Of a stretch of 64,000 bases of DNA, positions 52,265 through 64,000 are shown piece by piece. The notes beneath the pieces were generated by a model. It made no database searches. It was not told the origin of the DNA and saw nothing but the letters and a program-made list of their open reading frames with translations. Origin of the DNA: Octopus vulgaris (Eukaryota); the NCBI GenBank assembly GCA_951406725.2, contig OX597822.1, positions 94,798,001 to 94,862,000 of the forward strand, read 5' to 3'. The translations under genes were made by a program, and so were the position numbers. The stretch's first letter is position 1. Every line of letters starts with the position of its first letter.

Positions 52265-54168
52265 ATATAATTGAAAGCGCATGCGAGGTTAAGGAAGTTA
52301 ATTTTGGTCTGTATGTGTGTACAGGTTCTAATTGTATTAGTAAACCAGAGATAGTGATAGAATGATGTAAGAGAAAAGAAATCGAGCCAGTGAAAGTCAA
52401 AAAGTCGAGGGAAATTGTGTCTCATAGTTGGTTGATTGTAACCTTCTTTCTCCCTCTGACCGTTTGTCTTTAGTGGCTGCCAGCTTGTGGCCATGACTCT
52501 AGTTGTCTCCGTTCACTAACTAATTTCTTTTATTATCTGTTTCTTTACTACCCACAAGGGGCTAAACACAGAGGGGACAAACAAGGACAGACAAAGGGAT
52601 TAAGTCGATTACATCGACCCCAGTGCGTAACTGGTACTTAATTTATCGACCCCGGAAGGATGAAAGGCAAAGTCAACCTCGGCGGAATTTGAACTCAGAA
52701 CGGCAGACGAAATACGGCTACGCATTTCGGCCGGCGTGCTAACGGTTCTGCCAGCTCAAGGTCTAACAGAGAGGGGACAACATAAGGACAAAACAAAAAC
52801 ATTTAAGGACTGGGGTTATACAATGATTAAATCGGAATGAGAAATTGAACACAATGAAATAGAAAGAATTAAAATTGGTTAAAAATTAAAGATGATATAA
52901 AGTTTTTTCGTGTTTGTGTTCAACCCGTCGTTCCCTTCCCCTTTTTTCCTCTTTTTTCTTTTTATAGATAGCTTTTTTCTGCATAATTTTCGTTTTTTCC
53001 TTCCTTTCCGTTCTGACCGGCTACACTAGTGCGGCCCCATTCACTCTCAACTTCCATACGACATTTGCCCATCTTTTTCTTAAACGTTCCTTGGAGACAG
53101 GCACCTCTTCTCCAGACTTGTCTTTCTGGACAGGTGGTAGTTGAAGTAACAGACCAGCCGGTTCACTAACTAATTTTTTTATTACCGTTAGCTGGCTTGC
53201 ACAAAGGGGACAGCACAAGGACAAAACAAAAAAGATTTAGGGGCTGAGGTTAGTTTGTCTAAATATTGGATATAATGAAATAGAAGTAATTTACACAGTA
53301 CAAGAACTGATTTTGCCTTACCAAATTCTTGTATTTATAACTATGCAACACCAGTCAGAAGGAGAGACATATCGCTGAGAACAATAGATTTCGTTGGGGG
53401 CCTGTTATCTGTATTCTAGCTTTTGGTGAAATAGAAGAGGTTAGAAGAGTCAAGTGGCAAAGACATTATTCTGCTTAGCGAAGGCATCTGGTAAATGTAA
53501 CTGCTGTCACTCACAGAAAGACTATTGTTTTACCGTGAGAAAAGTGCTGTTGAACTGTTAAGCAAAATTTGGCGATCAAGGATCGAATCCACGCCATACC
53601 TGCATAAAGCCACTACATCACTCCCCCTCCACAGAGATTCCAGGAAAAGGAAACGAGCGATCGAAGAAGAGAAAGAAATGCATGGCTGACGAAAAATTTT
53701 GCATATCAGGAGAGAGTCCGAATAGCGGTGTCGTTTTGAGTGCCAAAATGTGCAGTTAGTGACTGAGCAGTATGGAAAATATATTAGCGCGTGCGTGCGC
53801 ATGAGGGCATATACACGAGTGCAGGTGCACGTATGAAAATTCACTGTAAAATAAGCTCAGGTGAGCAAGTGAGCTCATTCTCAATCCATGATATCGTAGA
53901 TCTTGCCGCAGGATTGTAGTGTGGGAAATGCCGTGAAAGTTTTCAGAAGAGAGTCTGTCTGGTGTTGTTGTCACGGGTAATTGTTGAGGTTAGCAAGAAC
54001 GACAGTGTAAGCATGCTGGAGTGATGCGCGAGACAGGTAGTTTCTTCCATTCATTATGTGACCAAACGGGGGTCTAACAGAGGGAAATTATGCCTAAACA
54101 TGAGCGCAAAGCATGTGGACATTCGACGTGCATCGAGTCGGGTAAAGAGCTGAGCTGACACGCTGAGC

Positions 54169-54456
54169 ATGCAAATATATGGGAAACTACCACCTGTGTC
54201 ATCTCTTGTGAAAGGTAGGAGAGTCCAGTTTGCTGGACATTGTTGTAGAGCTGAAAACGAGGTAATTTCTACTCTTCTCCTCTGGAAGCCATCTACTCGC
54301 AATACCAGAGGGCGCACACTCTCCTACCCTGATGTAATCTCCAGGGAGATAGGCATCCAGCAACAGGACCTCCGTAATGCCATGATGGACCGTGAAGTCT
54401 GGCGTAGCATGGTAAATTCCATTGTCTCGACCACGTTCGAACAATGTCGATGATGT
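54169..54456 (+). mobile_element. RTE family B 3' fragment
   Basis: ORF MQIYGKLPPVSSLVKGRRVQFAGHC... nearly identical to the C-terminus of the 48.8 kb copy. Confidence 0.9.
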
Positions 54457-54948
54457 TGGCACGGACGTGTTGAAAATCAATGCTGTAGAGGCGTAACAGA
54501 GTTGTGTGTGCGTATGTGCAAAAGGGCTCATGGCCGAGGTACTATGCCAGTGCAGGGATTACAAATACAAAACAGCGATGCATATGCCAGTGAGAGAGGC
54601 AATGCTGGATATATCAGCAGATGCATGAGGTATTTAATGCCTTGAACGTGCAGGAGCAAAGTGTGGCATGCGGACGCGTTGTAAGGGACAAACAACTTTT
54701 TCTATGTATATGTGACTGACCTAGGGTCTTACAGGGGCGAGTTGTATCTACAAGGGTGCAGGGAGCATGAAAAATAAGCGAGAAAGGCATGGTGTGGTAC
54801 ATGAATGTGATAATGTCAGCATGCAGGTACATGTATGGAACATTATGTGGTGCAGCAAAAGAAATGAACAGAATAAAAACGAGTAAACAAAAGTGATTAA
54901 ACTTAGCTGAAAATAGTGTCCTTTGTTAAGAGTCTACTGTTGAAAGTG

Positions 54949-55332
54949 TGGAGGCGCAATGGCCCAGTGGTTAGGGCAGCGGACTCGCGGTCATAGGATC
55001 GCGGTTTCGATTCCCAGACCGGGCGTTGTAGGTGTTTATTGAGCGAAAACACCTAAAGCTCCACGACGCTCCGGCAGGGGATTGTGGGGATGATTGCTGT
55101 ACTCTTTCACCACAACTTTCTCTCACTCTTACTTCCTGTTTCTGTTGTACCTGTATTTCAAAGGGCCGGCCTTGTCACTCTCTGTGTCACGCTGAATATC
55201 CCCGAGAACTACGTTAAGGGTACACGTGTCTGTGGAGTGCTCAGCCACTTACATGTTAATTTCACGAGCAGGCTGTTCCGTTGATCGGATCAACCGGAAC
55301 CCTCATCGTCGTAACCGACGAAGTGCTTCTTC
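54949..55332 (+). mobile_element. SINE family C, tRNA-derived
   Basis: A-box TGGCCCAGTGG, B-box GGTTTCGATTCCC, 13-bp TSD ACTGTTGAAAGTG (54936-54948 / 55333-55345). An internally deleted remnant sits at about 40851-40899 in unit A. Confidence 0.85.
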
Positions 55333-56051
55333 ACTGTTGAAAGTGAAAAAAAAATGTGCATGCAGAGAAAGAGAGTTGTTGAGAGTCTATACGAGAGTTT
55401 TTTATATATGTGCAAAAGTTCGTAGACAATGCAGGGTTCGTATGTCAGGATGAGACGAAAAGCGTGTGTATGTCGTAGAGGTTGCACGTCCACCCATGAT
55501 GATTTTCCGCCTTCTTGGCGTTATTACTCACGTTATACCGTAAATCCTCGAGTATAATACGCATTTTCCCCCAAAAATTTAAAGGTCAAAATCCCTAGTG
55601 CGTATTATACACGAGCTTGAAAATGAAGATTATTTTCTAAGCAATATCTGAGTCTCTATTTGCTGTCCGGCAATGTTTATTCAGGACGCATTTTGTGATG
55701 TCGGGCGCGAAAATACCTTGAGCTAAGCCTGAAAGCAATGAAATCATAAAAGAATCATCCATAACTTGCAGTAAGCAATAATTATTAAACGTTATTAATG
55801 TTATTTCTTTATTTTCTGCAAACAAAATACACAAAAAAGCTACACGTTTGCTTTATGTTATATATACAATAATAATAAAGGGCGTTACCCTATACATTTT
55901 TACAAACCAAGGAAGTTATATAGACCTCCTTGACTCAAGTTAGAGAAGGGGTGCGTATTATACACAAGGTTTAGGTTTTTCAGAGGTACAGCCCTCTAAA
56001 AATCCCCTGCGTATTATACTCAAGGGCGGACTATACTCGAGGATTTACGGT

Positions 56052-56800
56052 TATCGTAATGATCTACACAAAATACTCGGTTTATCCTCTGATAGTACTG
56101 ACTCGTCAATGAGAAGAGAGCCTATTTTGTCTTTAATAACAGTGACGATGAATTGCTTCCTTGTTCGTAGCATAGATAGCATCTGCTCTGTTATATACTT
56201 CTTCTTGGCTTCCTTTATTTTATTTCTGATTCGCTTATTTACTGTGGAGTGTTGCTGAGTAGCTTCAAGATCTGTTACCTTGAACTATCTTTATGCCCCG
56301 TTTTGTAATACGCAAGACTAAGTGTGTCATCGGTAATCTATAATTTGTTGTTTGTGTTTTTACTTCCTTCTGGTCAGAACTTCTAAAGCTGATTCATAAA
56401 GTGCTTCCTACAAGTTGTCAGTCACGAAGTTAATATATTCTTCTTCTTGCAAACTGGAGACCGCAAACCTGCCATCCACGTTGGACTCAAATATTAAAGC
56501 AACCTCTGGATCTTCCGACATTTCCACAACGAATATTATAGGCAGTATTCTTTACATACAGATTTTTTTCCATCTTGAATTTGAGTATTATCAATACCAT
56601 GTCGTTATCACTACTGGCATTTGCATAGGGGAAAGACCAGCACTTGTTTTTTTCTTTCAAATGCTAGACTTGATGTTTTTTAAGTGCGAGAATGAAATCA
56701 GTCTAGTTATGAACTTCGCCATTAGGTTGTTCTCTTGGAGTTTTTGTGTGCAATTGTGTTGATTAGGGTAAGCATGGAACTGTGTTGATTAGGGTAAGCA
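56052..56800 (-). pseudogene. Degenerate RTE-like endonuclease/linker fragment (paralog about 41595-42130)
   Basis: Minus-strand PNGEVHN*TDFIL, VNKRIRNKIKEAKKKYITEQ and VIKDKIGSLL segments. Confidence 0.6.
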
Positions 56801-57525
56801 TGAAGCTGCTGATAAAGTCTAAACGTCGCACTCCACAATCATATATTCATCTAAACCCCCAAAGCCCAGCTATCTATCTAGTTTGGTATTCCGGCTCCCC
56901 AAGATGATGAGAATATCTTTCGAGGTGCCTTGACGAACCTCTTTTTTTGGGGGGGGGGAGTCTTAAAACTCTTCCACTGCATCATTATCATCCTCATTAT
57001 CGTTGTCATCGACATCGTTAACATCGTTTGCGGTGTTTCATGTTTGTGATTGAAATCATCAAAGTTCTTGAAATGAAGAATTTTTTAAGCCCAAATTCAT
57101 GCTCGATGTCACCCGAGTAACTCCTTCGAAACTAGGCTACTGTTGTTGAAGTATTTATTGACTCCGAAAGGATAAAAGGCAAAGTCCATCTCGGCAGCAT
57201 TCTATGTAAAGACGGACGAAATGTCGCTAAGCATTATGTTTGGCATGCTAACGATTTTGCCAGCTCACCGCGTTAGCAATATGAAATAATATATACATAT
57301 TTCAAAATGTAGGTAAACATATATCAACGCAATTATAAAACTGTATCTATACTTAGACATTCAGGTAACAGGTTTCATATGATACATGGGCAATCCGTTC
57401 CAAAATTTATTTCTAAAATTTTGAATAAACAAATATATTTTTAAAAAGCAGGCACGCACAGTATAAAATTCCGGAGGAAACTCAACACGTACACCTGCTA
57501 CTGAAAAGAAAAAAAAAAAAAAGTA

Positions 57526-57616
57526 CGCCCGCAGAGGGACTTGAACCCGCGACCCTCAGATCACCTACAGAATTAGCTTTAAAAGTCTGATGCTCTACCG
57601 ACTGAGCTATGCGGGC
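57526..57616 (-). tRNA. tRNA-Lys(UUU) copy 3 with 18-nt intron AAGCTAATTCTGTAGGTG
   Basis: Same body except a fully Watson-Crick acceptor stem (TGCGGGC); long T-run terminator. Confidence 0.93.
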
Positions 57617-59444
57617 GGACAGCTTGCAGATCTTATATTGTGTACATAAGCAATATTGATAATCGATTTGGTTGGCAACTAAATTCCCGCCGATTTTTTA
57701 AAGTTTGGAATTTCTTGCGTTTTTAAATTTTGTAATCTATTTTTTTCGAGAAATCTTTTTTTGAATAATTTTGGAATCTATTTTGTTTTGCTTTGTTTTT
57801 TTCTCGTTAATTTTAGTTAATTTTTGTTTATTTTCAGATCATTAACCTGGAAAAACGAGCATTTTCGACACCTTCATCTTTTTGCTTTTAATCAAGGTTC
57901 CAAGGCCGCAAAAGCTGCTCGCGACATTTGGAGAGGGTGCCATAGCTGAAAGAACCGCTCGTGATTGGTATGCCAAGTTCAAAAATGGAAATTTTGACCT
58001 CAGTGACGCACATTTGAGTTCGATGAAGAATTGATTAAGCCTACTTTTGCACGAAAATTCTCGTCAAACGACAAGGGAACTGGCAGAGAAAATGGAATGC
58101 TCCCACACTGCTATAGAGAAGCATCTTCACTCGATGGGAAAGGTTTAGAAGTATGGAGCATGGGTTCCGCATGTTTTAAGTGACAACAAAAATCAACGAG
58201 CCACAATCTCCGCTGGTTTGCTTGCTCGTTACCGCTCAATTCATGGACACAAGCAAATGTGTCCATGAAATCTTAAAATGGAAAGATTACGAATTAACTT
58301 TTCCAGTCCTAAGTTTTGAAATAGGAGGAATGGTTTATTTGTGCTTAGTCATAACTAATGCTAGAGGGTACGCCGATTGACAAGGGTACAAGTAAAACCA
58401 GACAGATTTGTTCTCAAAGTAAACGATGTTCTCAAAAGCTTACACTTGAATGATGTTTCCGAGAAATTTGTTTCCAGGAAACTATGCGAAGTCATTGTAT
58501 AAATATAAGTTAATTGCCTTATAAAAGGAATTTCTCTCCGAATGACTTATAAAATCTCAGTCCTGCTCTACTGTTGTGTCTTTAGCTTACTCACTAATAA
58601 TAACAAGCAAAGACAACGTCTTCCGAGTGGCTTTCTGCAAGTATTCATTGAATCGAAAAATTCTAATGTAGAAAAAAATAGCGCAGTATGTATATTGTGT
58701 TGAAATAAATATTTTAAGCGAAATTAATATATTTCCTGACGGTAAACGCAAAGTCGAAGATGTATGAAACAAATATCAACCCAAAGCTTTCATTATTCAA
58801 AGGACAATGATTTTTAGATTTGTGTACCACCGAACGAAACATGAAATATAAAATTTCTATATAATTTTGATATGATAAATACAAATAGGCGTGAAAACTT
58901 GGATCTTTTCGGTTTGAACGGCAGTTTTTTCTAGCAGTGTCATATGAAATTGTCACACATAATTATGACCCTAGTATCGATCTATTGCATTTCGATCTGT
59001 TTTAGGGTTAGGGTTAGAGTTAGGGTCAGGGGTGGGGGGAAGGGTATCTTTTTTTCTTCAGAAATGTAAATAAACCCAATCTGTTTCTTAAACGAGGGAC
59101 ATATTCATACGGAACAGAATGTTTTCACCTCAATAGACGGTCATTGATTGGTTGAAATTGCAGAAATTGAAGAAAAAAACAACGGATCTCTATTCAATAT
59201 CTTACAAACTATAGAATTTTCTCAATAAAGCCAATACACACATTCTACCAGTATACGAAGTTTAAAAGTGTTTAGTTACTTGGAAATTATTTAAAAAAAA
59301 CTGCCGGTCAAACCGAAAAGATCGGATAACTTTCAGAACTCTTCCCAAGTATTTCAAAGAAAAACTCAAAAACTTTTAATGAAAACAATTGAATAGAGAG
59401 AGTGAGTGAGAGAGAGCGAGAGAGAGAGAGAGATGGAGAGAGGG

Positions 59445-59475
<31 letters not shown>

Positions 59476-60813
59476 GAGAGAGTAAAACGTTAAAAACCGT
59501 TGTCTCGCTGTGTAAGATTTTTATCATGCAGTGAAGTAAAATTGAATCGTTTCAATACTAAATGGAGGTTGAAAACCACATTTTAATAAAAGAAACGTAT
59601 TAAAATAGGTATTTTAAGAATTTTCAAAATATGTAGACCTTAATAATTGCTTTCTTTTAGAGAAAGGGATCTTTTTCTGTTTTTTTTTTTTGTGTTTTTT
59701 TTCTCCAACCACATAAATGACAACTATTAGGCTTTGTAATGTATAGTATACCGCAGTAGACAATAGAAATTATTTATGGCAGATCTGCGGTTGAAGAATT
59801 GGCATCTTTACCTTTTGACCTACAGATTTAAAAAATAATTTTTTGTAACTAAACACTTTCAAACTTCTGACACTGGTAGAATGGGTCATATAAAACATGT
59901 TTTACTCTTAGCATTTTTGAGAAAAACTTATATTTACTTAGTTATTTCACGGTAAAGTTCTCGTATTTCGGAAATGTCAACCAATCAATGACGTGTATTC
60001 AGCTGTATAAAATTACTGCCGTTGTTTGTCAAACAACTATCGGTGGTGTATTTTTCGTTTGTCACTGTTATTTATGACATCGATCGTGCGTTTGTATTGG
60101 TTTTAAGGTTTTAGGGTTAGGGTCAAAAGGTCAAAGGTAAAGATCGAAGTTTTACTCCTCAATCAATTAAAGTTTGGTAGTCCCGGCAGAATTGCTGAAA
60201 TAGATGAAACTGTATTTTCGAGGAGAAAATACAACCGGGGTCGAATGCTAACCCTAAGCCAGAAAGAGGGTTTTCGGCAGTATGTATCGCGAAACTCGAG
60301 AATTTTTTGTTATCGCTGTGCCTTTGCGAGATCATGACACACTCGAAGATTGCATTCGACAATCAAATCTACGGGAATAACTATTTACAGTGGCCTTGGA
60401 TACCAGGGTACCAATTTCACAGCATAACGGTGAACCACAGCGTTAAGTCCGTAAATTAGCAAAATGGGATTCACACTCAACAAATAGAAAGCACTTGAGC
60501 TGAAGTGAGGGAATAAACGGTGTTGTGACACTTATCCTTCTATAGATCTCTGTGAGTTTATGTGGAGTTGCAGGTATGAAAAATGGGTACTATCTAAGAA
60601 GAGTGGTCCCGGTATGCCGACTAGTGTACTCGCGCATCTGCGCTAGCTAGTCGTGAATAATCGATTCTTACTTTGTGTTTTTGTGTTTTATTTACTTTGT
60701 TTAAAAAAATTATTTACTTTCTGTAAAAAAAATATTTATTTTGTGTTTTATTTACTTTGCTAGGTAGTCGTTGTATGATTGACTAGTTACGAGTAGCTAG
60801 TGCGGATGCGCGA

Positions 60814-61177
60814 GTACCCGGCGTTGCTCGGGTTTGTTTCGACCCTTTAGAATTGGAATTTTTAAAAAGTAAAAATTTTGCATTATGTAGCTTGTTATTC
60901 TCTTTAAGTGAACATTTTGCTGGTTAAAATACACTGAAGAAAGGCGACACAGCAGTCAAAAAATCGTAAAAAATAGGGATTTTCATAGAAAAAAAGCATC
61001 TTTTTGATATAAATAATTTTTGGTCTTATCATGGTCCGATTTTAATATTATTTTCTAAGGAATGAAGAGCAAGCCTTCTTCTATCATACTCTCAATTTCG
61101 GTCAATATGCGCAGCATTGTCTCGGAGAAGATAATGTTAGTTGAAGGCTACCAAACCTGCCACACACAGACAACTTC
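60814..61177 (-). mobile_element. Helitron-like non-autonomous element (paralog about 46340-46655)
   Basis: 5' TGAAGTTGTCTGTGTGTGG and 3' hairpin ACCCGAGCAACGCCGGGT; termini incomplete. Confidence 0.5.
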
Positions 61178-62365
61178 AATTGGTTGGAAGAAAACGGAAA
61201 AATAAAATACAGGAGTGATTGTGTGGTAAGTAGCTTGCTTTCCAACCACATGGTTCCGGGTTCAGTCCCACTGCGTGGCACCTTGGGCAAGTGTCTTCTG
61301 CTATAGCCCCGGGCCGACCAATGCCTTGTGAGTGGATTTGGTAGACGGAAACTGAAAGAAGCCTGTCGTATATATGTATATATATATATATGTGTGTGTG
61401 TGTGTCTGTGTTTGTCCCCCTAGCATTGCTTGACAACCGATGCTGGTGTGTTTACTTCCCCGTTACCTAGCGGTTCGGCAAAAAAGAGACCGATAGAATA
61501 AGTACTGGGCTTACAAAGAATAAGTCCCGGGGTCGATTTGCTCGACTAAAGGCGGTGCTCCAGCATGGCCGCAGTCAAATGACTGAAACAAGTAAAAGAG
61601 TAAAAAGAGAGTAGGAAAAAAAGTAGCTTTCTTCATTGTAGAATATAAGGGATCTTTGTGGTTTTCATCACTGTTTACAATTATCTTTAAAAAAATTTTT
61701 TCTAATGTATCATATAGATGTAATCTTTGACGCTGAATCCGAATTGGTTATTCATTTATTCCAGAAAAATTTTGCAAAAATGTTACAGGTGTTCAAAGTT
61801 TGATAATTTTCAGAATTTTCAGCCAATCAGAAAACAGCGCATTCGTTGCCTCTTCCATCATCGGTGGTGGTGGGGGGATCAACATATCAAAACATTGCGT
61901 CTTTCCTTGTACACGCACACTCATGCGCACATATACTCACACAGAGTTGAAACGTTCCCACAACCAGTTTGCTATCACCCCTTCCTTCCTTATTCATCTA
62001 TCACCCCTTCCATTCTCATTCATATGTTGTGACAGCGAAAAACACAAGAATATTATTATTGCAAAACGATTATCTTTCTCGTATCACCTTCTCCTTCTTG
62101 TGTGCATGTGCAGCATCTTTGGTTGCTATGGAAACAGAGCTTTTCGCCACGGTGATGTGTAAAATACTCACTTCTGATTGGCTAAACATTCAAATTTTGC
62201 AAATCTTAAAGACTAATAACCTTTTAATCATGGAGTAATATGAAAAATGAATTTATTTTCATAATTAGTATACAAAACTTAATCCATATAGCAAATTTGA
62301 AAACAATTGGAACAAAATTGTAAACAGTGACAAAAACCACAAAGAATATAGTAAAAAAAAATGTA

Positions 62366-62449
62366 CGCCCACAGAGGGACTTGAACCCGCGACCCTCAGA
62401 TCACTTAATGCTTAAAAGTCTGATGCTCTACCGACTGAGCTATGCGGGC
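62366..62449 (-). tRNA. tRNA-Lys(UUU) copy 4 with 11-nt intron
   Basis: Identical to copies 1 and 2; T8 terminator. Confidence 0.93.
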
Positions 62450-62581
62450 GGACATAGTTATCTATCATCATATAGTTTATAAATCAAGTTTGATAACCTA
62501 GTTTTATGTTGCGGTGTGAGAAAAATTGATTAAATTTTCTGTCGTAACTAGTCTTCATTTATAAATGTACATGTATGCGTG

Positions 62582-62624
<43 letters not shown>

Positions 62625-62891
62625 ACGTGTACATACATACATATATCTATATATATATTTCTTTACTACCCACAAGGGGCTAAACGTAGAGGTGACAAAC
62701 AAGGAAAGACAAAGAGATTAAGTCGATTACATCGACCCAGTGCAAAACTGGTACTTTATTTATCGACCCCGAGAGGATGAGAGGCAAAGTCGACCTCGGC
62801 GGAATTTGAACCCAGAACGTAACGACAGACGAAATACCGCTAAGCATTTCGCCCGGCGCGCTAACGTTTCTGCCAGCTCGCCGCCTATATA

Positions 62892-63214
62892 TCTATATAT
62901 ATAAAGCTGAGAATGTGTGTGTGCGTCTGTCTGTATCAGTATGTGTGTATCACTAAAACTCGAGAATTACTAAACGGATTTCATTCAAATTTTACACATG
63001 CCTTACTTAGGGTCCATGCAGTGTCATGGGTCAAAAATTTTTTTTTACCTTTTTGCCTAATGCAAGCCCGGAGCAATCTTTTATTGTTTCCGTATTACGA
63101 GTCAAAAGTGAAACAATAACATCTCTATTAATACTTCCCCTAATATATGGTTTCAATTTCAATTAGTTTCATTATGTATCGATATATAGCTATTAGTTTC
63201 ATGCCTATTACTTT
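62892..63214 (+). mobile_element. Helitron-like 5' portion (paralog about 48447-48780)
   Basis: TCTATATATATAAAGCTG start followed by a (GT)/(CTGT) tract and ACTAAACGGATTTCA, typical of non-autonomous Helitrons. Confidence 0.5.
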
Positions 63215-64000
63215 TAAAACGGGCACGTCGGGTCACCAGTAAAACGGGATCACATGTGGTCGTATCATATAGGAATTACAATCGCACGCGATCCCATTCT
63301 TAATGAGTTAGACAAACCATTTATACATGCAGCACAATAGAACATAAGGGATTGACAACAAGTCACTGTTTTTGGCAAGATAAGATTTTATTTACAATGA
63401 AGTTATAGTTGGAAGTGTATGGGAGCATGCAACACGTGTTTGTGTCTGTGTGTTAGTGTGTGACAGAACAATGAATGTGGTTGACATAGAAAAGTATCTG
63501 ATGGTGGAAGATAGCAGTCTTTGGTTGTTGAGCGTACATTGGCATAGTGGTTAAGGAACCATTGTATCATTTTGTTGTTTAGCGCTGTCTCTGAAGCTAG
63601 TTCTTACAAGAACTAAAGACAGGTAATTGATTTACTGTTTATGAGGTACACGAGGTGTAAGAGTTCAATATCAAGATGTTGTGTCTCGGAGCTGACATCT
63701 GTTGAATCGCTTGTTGCGTTTATCTTCCTGATATGAATTCCATTCAGATATATTCACTGTAGCCGTTTTCTCGTGGTGAGATTTTCACCTAACCGCTTGA
63801 GTTGAATCTGTGATTGTCTTGTGTACTATTTAAAACTTCGTAGCTAGGGACGATGTTTGCTTGGTTTTTGTTCCTCTGGATATAGATTCCTGCAACTGTT
63901 TTTCCGTGGTGTGGTTTTCACACAAACAGTATGAGTTGGTTTTGTAGTCATCTTATGTACGAGCTAAATCTTCGTAGGTAGCGACGGAGTTGGTGATGCC

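Larger units (their letters stand above)
51571..63214 (+). repeat. Tandem segmental duplication, unit B
   Basis: See unit A. Differs by several TE insertions and indels. Confidence 0.93.

Noticed and set aside
53281-54168. ORFs in the block unique to unit B
   Set aside because: No motif that I recognise; left uncalled.
54949-55025. Possible tRNA gene
   Set aside because: No closing acceptor stem; continues into a SINE body and is bounded by a 13-bp TSD.

Overview
AT-rich, repeat-dominated animal genomic DNA. The SINE, RTE and microsatellite repertoire looks like octopus (coleoid cephalopod); this is my inference from repeat content, not a database result. One intact host gene can be assembled: mitochondrial ribosomal protein L20 (MRPL20/bL20m), minus strand, 5 coding exons (34085 to 6050), 147 aa, all introns GT-AG and phase 0, spanning about 28 kb. 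The right half holds a diverged tandem duplication (about 39.45-48.78 kb vs about 51.57-63.21 kb). Each unit carries two intron-containing tRNA-Lys(UUU) genes, and one of the four has a different intron. The rest is transposon-derived: two main SINE families plus a third, several RTE, CR1-like and Tx1-like LINE fragments, tandem ORF1-only retroelements, non-autonomous Helitrons, hAT, piggyBac, mariner and Merlin elements and MITEs (some carrying TTAGGG repeats), a foldback with hammerhead-like cores, and many microsatellites. Most ORFs in the supplied track are microsatellite or repeat artefacts.
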